A DNA stretch of 64,000 nt from Vulcanimicrobiota bacterium (GCA_963820825.1 CAWGBN010000005.1:160001-224000); one strand, 5' to 3'; shown: positions 30,463 to 42,528, counted from the stretch's first letter. Notes: generated by a model from the sequence alone, not told the origin. Numbers and translations are program-made.

Positions 30463-31413
30463 TCGCTCGAGCCCCGAACGCTCCAGATCATCAGCCGCGC
30501 GAGCGCGTTGACGACGATGCTCACGACGAACAGGATGAGTCCCAGCTCGATGAGCGCGCTGATGTAAATGTTGGTCGTCGCTTCGGTGAACTCGTTGGCG
30601 ATGACGCTGGCCAGCGTATACGACGGCGCGAAGAGCGACGCCGAGATCTCGCGGCCGGTTTCCGATCACCATCGTCACCGCGATCGTCTCACCGAGCGCG
30701 CGCCCCAGCGCCAGGACGCACGCGCCGAAGATGCCGACGCGCGCCGCCGGCAGCACGACGCGCGTGGCCGTCTCCCATCTCGTCGTGCCCAGCGCCATCG
30801 ATGCTTCGCGCAAGTCGCGTGGAATCGCGGCGATGACGTCGCGCGAGATCGCCGTGACCGTCGGCACGATCATCAGCGCGAGGATGATGCCGGCCGTCAG
30901 CAGCCCCACGCCGTAGATCGGGCCCGAGAAGAGCGGCGTCCAGCCGAGAACTTTTTGCAAGCACCGGCCCGATGGTCGTGCGCACGAACGGGCGCGAGCA
31001 CGAAGAGTCCCCACAGTCCGTAGACGACGCTGGGCACCGCCGCCAGCAGCTCGATCATGAACGAGAGCGGCGCCGCCAGCCAGCGCGGCGCGAAGTCGGC
31101 GAGGAATACCGCCGCCATGATCCCGACGAACGCGGCCAGGACGATCGCGATCAGCGACGTCACGACCGTGCCGTAGATCATCGGAAGCGCGCCGAACTTA
31201 CTGGTGACCGGATCCCACGCGCTCTTCCAGATGAACGAGGGTCCGAAGGCAACGATCGACGGCCACGAGCCGAGCACCAGCTCGACGAAGAGCGCCGACG
31301 ATCAGCAGCGCAAACAGAATGCTCCCGCCGTAGACGACCGCGGCGAAGCCGCGGTCGGCGGGGCTAACGAATCGCGCGACGCGCCGAAATCGCGGCTCCG
31401 TCCCAGCCGTCAT
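30459..31413 (-). CDS. pstC: Phosphate ABC transporter permease (frameshifted)
   Basis: [51 protein letters not shown]. Confidence 0.93.
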
Positions 31414-32462
31414 GCCTGCGCCGAAGCGTACCGCTGCATCTGGCGAAGCGTCGCCGACGGCGGCGTTCTGCACGTTCACCGGAAGCGGAACGTAGTCGAC
31501 CGACTTCGCATTCGATTGCCCCTGCGGTCCGACCAGCCACGTCAGCACGTCGTAGAGCATCTTGCCGCGCGTCTTGTCCGCCGGCTTCTTGTAGACGACG
31601 ACCCACGAGTAGCCCGAGATCGGATACGAGTTCGCACCCGCTGCGTCGACGATCGAGAAGTTCGTCGCGCTCACGTTCGGCTTCGTCGCCGCGGCCGCGG
31701 CGCACGGTCTCCGGCGAGCAGGCGACCCACTTGCCGGCCCGGTTCTGCAGCGTCGCCGCCGGCATCTGGTTCTCAAGCACGTAGGCGAGCTCGACGTAGC
31801 CGATCGCGCCCGGCGTGCTGCGGACCTGGCCCGCAACGCCTTCGTTGCCCTTGGCGCCGACGGCGCTCGGCGCGGGCCACGAGACGCTCTTGCCGGTTCC
31901 GACCTTGCTCTTCCACTCGGGCGAGACGTGGCTCAGGAAGTCGGTGAAGATGTAGCTCGTCCCCGATCCGTCGGAGCGGTGAACGACGACGATCGGCATG
32001 TCGGGAAGCTTGACGCCCGGGTTGAGCTTGGCGATCTGCGGATCGTTCCACTTGGCGATCTTGCCCAGATAGATGTCGGCGAGCACCTGGCGCGTCAGCC
32101 GCATCGTCGCGCTCGACGCCCGGGAAGGTTGTAGGCGATCGCGGCGCCGCCCAGCGCCACCGGGATCTGCAGCACCGGCTGCCCGGCGCGTGCGAGCTCC
32201 TCGGCGTTCATCGGAACGTCGGTCGCGCCGAAGTCGACGTTCTTAGCGGTGAACTGCTGGATGCCGCCGCCGCTGCCGATCGACTGGTAGTTGACCGTGA
32301 CGTCGGGTTGCTTCTGACTGTAAATGTAGAAGGCTTTCGAGAAGAACGGGTAGTCGAAGCTCGATCCCGCTCCGGTCAGCTGGGTTGCCGCCACCGCCGG
32401 CAGCGGTCAGCGCGGCCACAAGGGCGAGCCGTAGTCAGCCCGCGAACGAAGGATCGTCTCAC
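31410..32462 (-). CDS. pstS: Phosphate ABC transporter substrate-binding protein (frameshifted)
   Basis: [61 protein letters not shown]. Confidence 0.95.
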
Positions 32463-32619
32463 AGAACAACTCCTCTGGTCGAAGTGTACGCTCTAGTTTA
32501 ATCGCAGGCCGATTAACCTGCACGTTAAGCACCTCCGCAGCGGCATCCAGGCCGGCTCCCCGAAGGCCTCGGAGCCGCGGAGCGCCGAAGCCGCGCCGCT
32601 GACGAAGCGGACGCCCAGA

Positions 32620-34363
32620 GTGACGACGCGCCGGCCTTCGCTCTGCCCGAGCTGCGCCATACGGCCGCTCACGTGCTCGCCTACGCCGTGCAGGACCTCT
32701 TTCCCGATGCCAAGCCGACCATCGGCCCGGCGATCGAGAACGGCTTCTACTACGATTTCGACCGCGCCGACGCCGTTCACGCCCGACGACCTGAGCCGCC
32801 TCGAGGCCCGGATGAACGAGATCGTCGCGGCCGACTACCCGATGACCGGCCGCGAGGTCACGCCGCGGCCGACGCGATCGACGCCTTCGCCGGCAACCCT
32901 TATAAGGTCGAGATCGCGCGCGAGATCCCCGAGGGCGAACCGATCACGCTCTACACGATCGGCGAGTTCACCGATCTCTGCCGCGGCGGCCACGCCGACT
33001 CCACCGGCGAGATCGGCGCGTTCAAGCTGACCAGCGTCGCCGGCGCCTACTGGCGCGGCGACGAGCACAACGCCGATGCTGCAGCGCATCTACGGCACGG
33101 CGTGGTACGACGCAAGCCGATCTCGACGCCTATCTGCGCGCGCTCGAAGAAGCGCAGCGCCGCGACCATCGCAAGCTGGGCGCCGAGCTCGATCTCTTCT
33201 CCATCGAGGAAGACGCCGGCGGCGGATCTCGTCTTCTGGCATCCCAAAGGCGCGATCGTGCGCGGGATCATCGAGAACTTCATTCGGCAAGGGCTTGCGC
33301 GAGCGCGGCTACCAGCCGGTCGTCACGCCGCACGTCGTTCAGCGAACGCCTCTACGAGATCTCCGGACACCTCGAAAACTTCGCGCGAGAATATGTTCGG
33401 ACCGATCGAAGTCGAAACGCAGCGCTTCCGGCTCAAGCCGATGAACTGCCCCGGCCACATTCTCATCTACAAGAGCCGCCTGCGCAGCTATCGCGATCTG
33501 CCGCTGCGCTTCTCCGAGTTCGGCACCGTCTATCGCTTCGAGCGCTCCGGCGTGCTGCACGGGCTCACGCGCGTGCGCGGCTTCACGCAGGACGACGCGC
33601 ACATCTTCTGCACGCCCGACCAGCTGCAGGGCGAGTTCGAGCGAACGCTCGACGAGGCGCTGCGTCTGATGAAAGCCTTCGGCTTTACCGACTTCGCAGT
33701 ACGTGCTCTCGACGCGCGAGGCGGCGATCGCGCGGCGAGACCGACGCGCGTCGCCGAAGACGCGATTCGCAAAGCGCTCGAGCGCTACGAGCTGCCGCTA
33801 CGACGTCGACGAGGGCGGCGGCGCCTTCTACGGCCCCAAGCTCGACATCAACGTGCGCGACGCCATCGGCCGCCCGTGGCAGCTCGGCACGGTGCAGGTC
33901 GACTTCGTTCTGCCCGCTCGCTTCGAGCTGAAGTACCGCGGCGCCGACGGCCAGGACCACCGCCCGGTGATGATCCACCGGGCACTCGCCGGCTCGCTGG
34001 AACGTTTCTTCGGCATTCTCATCGAGCACTACGGCGGGCGCGTTTCCCGGCCTGGCTGGCGCCGGTTCAGGTCGTCGTCACAGCCATTTCTCAGGATCAA
34101 GCGGCATATGCTCGAGAGGTAGCTGCGCGCCTCGACGGGGCGGGCTTCCGGGTAGAGGTTGACGAAACGCAATGAGAAACTCGGCTACAAGATCCGACAC
34201 TGGAAGACGCAGAAGGTGCCCTACATTCTAGTCGCCGGCAAACAAGAGGTCTGCGGACGGTACGGTGAACGTCAACGAGCGCGGCATCGAAGCAGAAGCG
34301 CACGGTTTTGTTGGACACTTTCGTCGAAGAACTTACAATCGAGCAGTCGAGGCGAAGAAATAG
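32620..34363 (+). CDS. thrS: Threonine--tRNA ligase (frameshifted; no TGS domain evident)
   Basis: [85 protein letters not shown]. Confidence 0.96.
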
Positions 34364-34368
34364 ATACG

Positions 34369-35304
34369 ATGAGATTGACGTTCGCGTCGTATTTGCGGCG
34401 CTCGCTCTCTCGCTGGCTTCCTGTCAGGGCTCGGGCCTCGACAGCGGAATGGGCGGCATGGACGCCGCCAGTTTCGCAACCGGGCTCGATGGCGAACGGC
34501 GGCGGCATGCCGGGCTTCCCGGCAGAATCGGCGGCATGGGCAATGCAGGCTCATCCGGCCCGAGCGTCGGCCCCAACGGACAAGAGCAGCTTGCACCGAA
34601 CCCCGGCGCGACGCTCGCACCGAACGAAGCGCAGTACCCGATCGGCGCAAGGTCCGAGCGGCATGAAGTGTCCGGTCGTGCAGCAGTTCAACACGCAGTA
34701 CAGCTGCACGCTCGCCTTCAACATGCCGACTCCGCGCCAGGGTTCGCCCGGCGCGATCGCCGCAAGCCGACCGCGAGCCCGACGCCGACCCCGCAGCCGA
34801 GCGCCTCGTCCGACGAGCGACGATAGCGACGACAGCGAGCGACATCGCGCGACGCCGACGCCGACGCCGGCGGAACGATGACGCTGCAAGATCGAGCCGC
34901 TGCCGAAAGACGTGCCGACGATGAACAATCCCGAATCCGCTGCTTCATGCGCGTCACGCCGGTCGTCGCGATTCGCCTGCAGAGCAACACCGACTTCACG
35001 CTCAACGGCGGCGCCTCGGTGCAGTACACGCTTCCCGCCGCTGCAGTACACCGGACGCATCTTCGCGCTGCAGCTCTTCAACGAAACGACGTTGCGCGGC
35101 AAGCGCATCGATCAGTATCATCGGCGAGCTACGCAAAGTATACGACGCCGCAGAGCAACACCGTGCAGTTTGCCTTCACGCGTCCGCGAGGGTCGCCGTC
35201 CGCCACACGCAGATCTGGCTGCTCGCGCTCTACGGCGCGCAGCTTCCGCCGGGCACGACGCCGACGCCCTCGCCCACACCTTCACCGACGACGTCACCGA
35301 CTAG
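34369..35304 (+). CDS. Pro/Thr-rich hypothetical lipoprotein (frameshifted)
   Basis: Lipobox LASC; PTPTP low-complexity linkers; Cys pair MKCP..YSC. Confidence 0.6.
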
Positions 35305-35335
35305 CTCCGCCGTAGCGCCGGCGCGTCAGCCGCCG

Positions 35336-36592
35336 GTGACTTCGGCTGCCCGAAGAACGTTCGTCGCGAGCTTCCTCGGGTGGATGCTCGACGCGTTCGA
35401 CTTTCTTCTGCTGACCTTCGTCGTCAGCGCGCATCGCGACGACGTTCGATCGAACCATCGCCGAAGTCACCTTCGCGCATTACGCTGACGCTCATGTGCC
35501 GCCCGATCGGGGCGCTGCTCTTCGGCTGGCTCGCCGACCGCTACGGGCGCCGCACGCCCGCTGATGATCGACATCGCGCTGTTACTCGCTCATCGAGCTG
35601 CTGACCGCGTTCTCGCCGAACTTCACCGTCTTTCTCGTTCTGCGCGCGCTCTACGGCATCGCGATGGGCGGCGAGTGGGGACTCGGCGCGGCGACTGACG
35701 ATGGAAGTGCTGCCGCCGAACCGCCGCGGATTCTACAGCGGCCTGCTGCAGAGCGGCTACATGGCCGGCTATCTGCTGGCGCGGCGGTCTTACTACGTCG
35801 TCTTCACCTTCACGCACTGGGACTGGCGCGGCGCTCTTCGTCATCGGCGTGCTTACCCGCGCTGCTTGATCTTCTACATCCGCTCGAGCGTGCCGGAGTC
35901 GCCCGTCTGGCTGGAAGGCCGCGCCGAGCGCATCTCCGTCGCCGCCGACACTTCCTACTGCGGTCGATCGCTGCAGCATTGGCCGCTCTTCCTCTACGCG
36001 ATCGCCTTCATGGCCGGCGCTCAACGCCATGTCGCACGGCACGCAAGATCTCTACGCGACGTTCCTGCAGAAGCAGCACGGCTTCTCGACCGGCAGCACT
36101 TCGCTGCTCTCAATCGTCGCCGCGCTCGGCGCGATCGTCGGCAGCGATCGCTCTTCGGCACGCTCTCGCAACGCTTCGGCCGCCGCGTCGTCGTCATGAT
36201 CTGCTCCGCGCTCGGCGCCGTGCGCGATTCCGCTTTGGACATTGAGCCCGACCGTCGCGCTGCTTGCGCTCGGCGTCTTCGTCGTGCAGTTCGTGGTGCA
36301 GGGATGCTGGGGCGTGATCCCCGCGCATCTCAACGAGCTCTCGCCCGCCGAGGTTCGCGGCACGTTCCCGGGCTTCACCTATCAGCTCGGCAATCTCATC
36401 GCCGCCGGCGTCGCACAGTTTGAGGCCGTTCTCGCTACCAGAGTTCCGCTCGCAACCGGCGCTCCGAATTACGCTGCGGCAATGGGCATCGTCGCCGCCT
36501 TCGTGCTTCTCTCGGTGTTCGTGCTCGCGATCCTCGGCTATTTCGTCCGCAAGGAGACGCGCGGGCTAAGCTTCGCTTCCGTTAAATCCTAG
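35336..36592 (+). CDS. MFS transporter, sialate/carboxylate:H+ symporter (SHS)-like (frameshifted)
   Basis: [67 protein letters not shown]. Confidence 0.9.
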
Positions 36593-36668
36593 GCTTGCAG
36601 AAGTAGCAGCTAAGCGTTGGTCTTATCGACGAGAGGGCCTCGGAAGCACGCGAGCTCGGTTGCTGCCG

Positions 36669-37652
36669 CTACTGGTCCGCACGACCGTTATACGTAACGC
36701 CGTTGATCAGGCTCGAGGTGTCCAATCCGTTGTTGAAGCTATACAAGTATTCGAGACTCTTCGGACTGTAGGTATAAACGTCGATGCTAGCCGTTTGATA
36801 ATCGGACGTCGCAAACCGGGTCGAGTTCTTGTTAAGGTGGCCGTAAAACGCCTCGCCGTGGAGCGCGAACGGGCCGGCGAATAACGTACATGCCGGCGCG
36901 CAGCCTTTGTAAACGTAGAGCTTGCTATCAAAGCTGCTGATCGCCAGCAGATGTCCCTTTCCATCGATGTCGAGCCCGCCGTAGTACGCGTTCCGGTAGC
37001 CGGTCGCCACTGCGCCGGGGAGCGCGCAGCCTTTGAAGTAGGTCAAGGTGGCAACGCCGGTCGCGTTGGTGGCCGACGCCCAGCAATCGCCGTTCGCGGC
37101 CAAGGCAACGGCGGCGACTTCGTACATACCGCTGATCGTAAGATTCTTCGTGCAACCGCTCGAGAGCGTGCACACCGTGACGCTGCCCGCATCGCTGCCG
37201 TCGAAAATATTCGCGACGGCGATGATCCCCGTCGCGGCGTGAAGGCTCGCAACGTCGGACGGCTGACCGTAGGGGTCGTCGATCGATCCGAGCTTGCGAC
37301 CGCACATCTTTGGCCCCTTGAAGACGCCGATGGTGTGGGTGCCTCCGTCGGTATCGATGAGATTGCCGTCACTGTCCGCGGCGATTCCGCCGGGATAAGC
37401 GCCTTTCACCGTGCAAATCGGTGGCCGATTATCGCGATTGCCGCCGCGATACCCAAGAACGCCCGTCGCACTGCTGACGTAAATCCCGCGCGTAACCGCA
37501 TCCGGAAGAGCGCCGGCCGCGCGGCGTTCCAGCGCCGGCGCTTGCCCCGTCACCGTAGGCGAGCTCACCGGTTGCCCTCCACTGCAACCGCTCAGCACCA
37601 ATGCGGCCGCACCGCCGCAAATTGCAGATCGTACGAACCCCAAGATCCTCAT
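36669..37652 (-). CDS. Cys-rich lipoprotein beta-propeller
   Basis: Lipobox LSGC; PGGIAADSDGNL, DPYGQPSDVA, ANGDCWAS, GGLDIDGKGHL. Confidence 0.8.
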   Translation of the reverse strand: MRILGFVRSAICGGAAALVLSGCSGGQPVSSPTVTGQAPALERRAAGALPDAVTRGIYVSSATGVLGYRGGNRDNRPPICTVKGAYPGGIAADSDGNLIDTDGGTHTIGVFKGPKMCGRKLGSIDDPYGQPSDVASLHAATGIIAVANIFDGSDAGSVTVCTLSSGCTKNLTISGMYEVAAVALAANGDCWASATNATGVATLTYFKGCALPGAVATGYRNAYYGGLDIDGKGHLLAISSFDSKLYVYKGCAPACTLFAGPFALHGEAFYGHLNKNSTRFATSDYQTASIDVYTYSPKSLEYLYSFNNGLDTSSLINGVTYNGRADQ

Positions 37653-37782
37653 CCGATATCCTTTCCGGCCGAACCCAACCGGCCGAATCAATCATATCGG
37701 GGTTCCCCAGGACCGCGGAACACACAAGTGTGGGACGAACCCACACAAATTGCGCGCTCGCCCGCGGGCCGAGCAGCCGCGA

Positions 37783-38439
37783 TTAGCTGCCCAGGATGTT
37801 GATCGCCCGCGCGCCGACGGCGACGACCGTCACGAGCGAGATGAAGCTCTCGACCGTCATCAACATCTTCGCCCGCGGCCGCAGCGGCAGAACGTCGGTC
37901 GGGCTAAACGCCGTCGCGGTATTGTACGCAAGCGCGAGGTAATCGGCGAACTTCGGGCGCCAATCGGCCGGCAGGCCATCCTCCGGATCGCCGCGCGGGA
38001 ACGAGAAGTCGGCCCAGCCGTGCCATCCGCTCGCGCGCCGGCTCGGTCCGCCGCGATCGATCTGCCAGTACGCCAAAGCAAAGACGACGATGTTATTTAC
38101 CCAGATCGCGATCGACGTCGAGAGCAGCGTCACTCCGCTGATTTCCGAATGTGGCGTCGCCATTTGGACGAATAGCAGCGCGAGCAACACGAGTTGCACA
38201 CCGATGTCAAGCGGTATCGCAATTGCCAACACGTACCGTTCTATCCGAGTGAAGACTGCAACTCTCGGAAAGAACCCGGCCAAGAGCATCGGAACGGCGA
38301 GCGCGGCACCGGTCGCGAACGGATACTCGCGCGGCATCAGTTGAAAACGGCCGGGCAGCGCGGCCAGAAAGGCCGGCAGCACCAGCACGGCAAGCGCAGG
38401 CAGAATCTGGGTCTCGGCATATGCGTCCCTTTCTCGCAT
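37783..38439 (-). CDS. DUF1345-like membrane protein (second paralog)
   Basis: YWQIDRGGP..DFSFP..WRPKFADYLALAYNTATAFSPTDVLPL. Confidence 0.8.
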   Translation of the reverse strand: MRERDAYAETQILPALAVLVLPAFLAALPGRFQLMPREYPFATGAALAVPMLLAGFFPRVAVFTRIERYVLAIAIPLDIGVQLVLLALLFVQMATPHSEISGVTLLSTSIAIWVNNIVVFALAYWQIDRGGPSRRASGWHGWADFSFPRGDPEDGLPADWRPKFADYLALAYNTATAFSPTDVLPLRPRAKMLMTVESFISLVTVVAVGARAINILGS

Positions 38440-38512
38440 GCGGTTACCTCCAACGCCAAGTGAGCCGAAGACGTAGGAGGGCCGCAACCGCGAAGTCCGT
38501 ACTACGCCAACG

Positions 38513-39574
38513 ATGTTGCAGCCGCTTTCCACACCAAACGCCTACTTCTTTGCTCGACCGCTCTCCGAGCCGCCTTTCGTCGCCGCGAGCCATCTCTTCA
38601 TGACGGAGGGTGGCAACGTTCTCGTCGATCCGCTTGCGTTCGATGACGCCACGCTCGGGGCCATTGCCGCCCTCGGCAGCGTATCGCGCATCGTCGTGAT
38701 GACGCCGGATCGGCAAGACGCTGCCGCCGAGCTCGCCGCGCGCTTCGGCGCCGGCGTAATCGTGCACCCGAAGCATCGCGAGCGGCTCGCGCCCGGTATC
38801 GTCGCGATTCGCCTCCCCGACCAACGGCGCGAGGACGAGTTCGCGATTACCATTCCCGCGTCGCGCACGGTAATCGCCGGCGATGCGCTCGTCGGTTCGC
38901 CGGCCGGTGCGATCTCGCTGCCGTCGTGCAATGCCGATGCCGATGCACGCAAAGCGGCGCTCGGATTGCGCCGAATCCTGCGCGAGAATCCCGAGCGATT
39001 GCTACTCGGCCGCGGTCACTCGTTACTCTCCGGCGCCTACGAGGCGCTCTATCGGCTTCTCTACGCGACCGCCGGTGCGGAGGTACTTCGCATCAATCTC
39101 GATGAGCTCGATTTTCGGGACGAGCGCGTCGAACGTGTCGAGCAGCCACCGCAATACGCCTGTCACGACGCCGAGGTCGGCTTCGTCATCGGCGCGCGAC
39201 GCCTCGGATACCGCGTCAGCACGCTCGATCCCGGACAGCGATTCTGCCCGCTGCACGGCCACGCAAGCGAAGAGGAGCTCTTCTTCGTTATCGACGGCGC
39301 GCCGAGCGTTCGCACCTTAGCCGGAACGCTCCGCTGCCGCAAAGGCGACTTCATCGCGTTGCCGGTCGGCGAAAGCGGAACGCATCAACTCCTCAACGAG
39401 AGCGACGCGCCCGCGACGGTGCTGCTCCTGGGCCGCACGGAAGCGGTCGAAGCCTGTTACTATCCCGATTCGGATAAGCTGCTGCTCGACACACCGGTAC
39501 CGCTCGTTCGCTGCCTCGACTCGATCATCGTGCGAGCCAACCCGGAGCTGGACTACTTCGACGGCGAGAACTGA
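38513..39574 (+). CDS. MBL-like N-terminal domain fused to a cupin domain
   Basis: NVLVDP, AGDAL, LLLGRG; cupin PLHGHASEEELFFVIDG..GDFIALP..GTHQLLN..CYYPDSDK. Confidence 0.8.
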   Translation: MLQPLSTPNAYFFARPLSEPPFVAASHLFMTEGGNVLVDPLAFDDATLGAIAALGSVSRIVVMTPDRQDAAAELAARFGAGVIVHPKHRERLAPGIVAIRLPDQRREDEFAITIPASRTVIAGDALVGSPAGAISLPSCNADADARKAALGLRRILRENPERLLLGRGHSLLSGAYEALYRLLYATAGAEVLRINLDELDFRDERVERVEQPPQYACHDAEVGFVIGARRLGYRVSTLDPGQRFCPLHGHASEEELFFVIDGAPSVRTLAGTLRCRKGDFIALPVGESGTHQLLNESDAPATVLLLGRTEAVEACYYPDSDKLLLDTPVPLVRCLDSIIVRANPELDYFDGEN

Positions 39575-39582
39575 ACCGGAGC

Positions 39583-40515
39583 TTACTTCCCCAAACTCAC
39601 CGCGGTGCTGATCGGAATATCGAAGCCGTAGAGTTTTTTGAACGGCTTCCCGCCCGCCGGATAGTGGTAGAAGGCGACGTCGGGCCCGTTTGCATCGGCA
39701 GCGTACACCGTTCCATTTTCGATCGAGTACCCTTCGATATGCTTCATGCCGTCGAGCCGGGTCGTGCCGACGCGTTTTCCGACCCCTCCCCGGATGTTGA
39801 ATTGATAGATGACTTCAGCGAACTGGTCGGCGATCGCCAAATGCTTCCCGTCCCATTTGACGCCTCCCGCGAATCGAATGTACTGCCCGATCGAAACGGC
39901 AGCGAAGCGCTTCCCTTGCTTCGGAAGCTCGGCTAACGCAAACGCGTTCATCGCCGTCCCGGCCACGAACAGGTCGCCGAGGTTATCGTATGCGCAATAA
40001 TACTCGTTCGTCAGACTCTCAGGCGTGTAATACTTCGGCTTACCGCGCGCCGCAGCATAGATGGCGACGTTCCCGTGATTGCACGTCGACGGCGTGCAGT
40101 CGTTGGCAACGGCGAGGTCGCCGGTCGTTGGATCGACCGAACAATCCGTGGCCGAACCTTTTGGATCGGCGAGCGTCTCGATCGGGTTCTTGCCGCCGTG
40201 ACGGTACTCTCGAATCGCCAGCGAGTCGCCCATCGGAACGAAGACGTCGTCTGCGATGTCGGTGCAGAGGTCGCCGATACCCGGCAACCCCCACAACGTC
40301 TGCACGAGCTTACCGCCCGGCAAGGAGTAGACGTAGACGTCGTCGCCGCCGCTGCCGCTCGCGTTCGCAACGTAAAGGAGCGTCGCTTTCGACGTGTCGC
40401 CACCGGCACGACCAAGAGCCGCGGGGCTGAGCTTCGAGCCGGAAACGAGCGGTGTCACGGCTCCCCCGCATCCGGCGAGCAGTGCCGCGCTCAGAATTAG
40501 TGCAACCGCGCGCAT
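39583..40515 (-). CDS. Lipoprotein beta-propeller family paralog
   Basis: Lipobox LAGC; LLYVAN, VYVYSLPGG, CSVDPTTGDLAVAN, YCAYDNLGDLFV, GGVKWDGKH, YHYPAGGKP. Confidence 0.85.
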   Translation of the reverse strand: MRAVALILSAALLAGCGGAVTPLVSGSKLSPAALGRAGGDTSKATLLYVANASGSGGDDVYVYSLPGGKLVQTLWGLPGIGDLCTDIADDVFVPMGDSLAIREYRHGGKNPIETLADPKGSATDCSVDPTTGDLAVANDCTPSTCNHGNVAIYAAARGKPKYYTPESLTNEYYCAYDNLGDLFVAGTAMNAFALAELPKQGKRFAAVSIGQYIRFAGGVKWDGKHLAIADQFAEVIYQFNIRGGVGKRVGTTRLDGMKHIEGYSIENGTVYAADANGPDVAFYHYPAGGKPFKKLYGFDIPISTAVSLGK

Positions 40516-40550
40516 CTCGGCTCTGTATTAGACCGTCTGTTCGCCGGCGC

Positions 40551-41301
40551 CTACTCGCCCGACGCGCGCAGCCGCTGACGCAGGTGAACGACTGCCCGGG
40601 CGTGGATTTGCGAAACGCGCGATTCCGAGACGCCCAGCGCGTCCTTGATCTGCTTGAGGGTGTCGCCGTTAAAGTAGTATCGTCGAATTACCGTCCGTTC
40701 TTGCTGCGGAAGATCGCTCGACGGCCCGCACGAGCTCGCGACGAAGCTCGTCGCGCTCGATCTCCCGGTTACGTCGCTCTCAACGTCCTCGATCGTATCT
40801 CGAAGATAGAGTTCGTGGTCCCCGTAGTTCGGCAGCGTTCCTCGAGCGAGACGACGCTCGTGCCGCGAGCCCGCTGGGCATCAGGCGATCGAGCTCGCGC
40901 CGCGAAACCCCAAGCCGCGCGGCGAGCTCGTCGTCGGTCGGATGCCCGTCCGAGTTCGACTTCGAGCCGGTCGTACGCCCGTTCGACCTGGCGCGCCGCT
41001 GGCGAACCGTGCGCGGAACCCAGTCGAGCGAACGCAGCGCATCGAAGAATCGCCCCGTTTATCCGGGTGATCGCATACGTTTCGAACTTCACCGAGCGCG
41101 CATCGTCGTACTTTTCGATCGCGTCGATCAGGCCGAAGACGCCGTCGCTGATCAGGTCGTTGATGTCGACATTCGACGGCAGGTTGACGAAGATGCGGCC
41201 CGCGACATACTTGACCAGGGTAGGTACCGATGGATGACCTCTTCGCGCGTGAAGGCGGCGCCGTCGATGGTGTAACGGCGGGCGGGATCGGCGCGCAGCA
41301 T
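40551..41301 (-). CDS. FliA/WhiG family RNA polymerase sigma factor (frameshifted)
   Basis: [59 protein letters not shown]; region 4 [15 protein letters not shown]. Confidence 0.9.
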
Positions 41302-41309
41302 CGCCTTAC

Positions 41310-42528
41310 TCACGGCACGCGACGGTGCGGAGCCCGAAAGTGCATTGCCTCCCGGTAGAGGTAGAGTCGATCGCTCACGTGCGCTCGTAATCTTCCTTGA
41401 GCATTACCTCGGCCAGACGCGGAGTCCTCGCGAGCTGTTTGAAGAGCACGAGTGAAGCGGCTCGGACGCTTTTCGAGGTAGCGCATGAGCCGCACGCGAT
41501 GCGCTAGTCGCGTGCAAATCGTTTTCGATCAGCTCGCCGAAGCGAGCGGTCGTCGCACGTTGCCCGTCGGTTCCGGCGCATGCCACCGCGTCGGCGACAA
41601 AGCGTCCGCTCATCGCCGCTTCGTAGATTCCCTCGCCGTTGGTCGCGTCCACCAGCCCGGCCGCCGTCCCGCCGACCAATACTCCGTCAGTCGGCAACAC
41701 GCGGGCCGCGGCATACCGCCGTAGAGCAGATGCCCTTCGATTTTGACGCGCGCACGCGCGATCTCCGGGATAGAGACGCGCGCGCGTCGCTTCGGTGAAC
41801 TCATCGAGCTCGGCGCGCAGCGGCTCGCGCCGGCATCTTTCCCATCACGCCCAGACCGATCGCCAGGTGATCGCGTTTGGGAAACATCCAGGCGATGATC
41901 TGACGCCCGTCGCGCGCCGTGTAGTAGTGCAGCTCGAGCGTGTGATACGCTACCGCCGCCGCCGGCCGTTCGAGATAGACGCGGTACTGCAGCGTCGTCA
42001 GCAGTCCGTCGCGCCAGCGCTCCCAGGCCAGCCGTCCCAAACGCCGGATGAGTCGAGCCGCGCCGTCGCGCCGCACCGCCAAGAAGACGTTGCGCGCGCC
42101 GATCGTGCGCCGCACCCCGGCCGCGAGATCGGCGTATTCGACGACCGTCCGGTCACCGCTCGCGACGGATGCTCCGAAGCAGCGCTTGCGTGCGCACTTC
42201 TGCGCCCGCGGCTTGCGCCAGCGCGCCATCGTGCCGTCCAGCTCCTCGCGCGTGGTGGTATGACCGGGGCCAATGAAGATCTCGTGCTCGCCGCCGCGCG
42301 CGTCGAAGAGCGCAAGGCGCGGCGTATCGCAATGCACGATCTCGCGCGGCAGATCGAAGGTCTTGCAGAAGCCCGGACGCAGTCCGGCCGCGCAGACGCG
42401 CTTTGCGCCGACGACCGCGTCGCGCTCGAGCACGACGGTTTCACCCCCGCGACGCCGCCTCCGAGCGGCCGTTGCCCCGCGGGGCCGCAGCCCACCACCA
42501 AAAACTCGGTGCTCTCGGGACCGCTCAT
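41310..42528 (-). CDS. Geranylgeranyl reductase-family FAD oxidoreductase (frameshifted)
   Basis: VVGCGPAG, KRVCAAG, REELD, WMFPK, LVGGTAAGLVDATNGEGIYEAAMSG. Confidence 0.85.

Noticed and set aside
32530..32620. T-box riboswitch upstream of thrS
   Set aside because: Region is too short and lacks the TGGNACC T-box bulge and a terminator.
3927..38439. Two DUF1345-like genes as one system
   Set aside because: They are 33 kb apart, divergent in sequence and share no neighbours.
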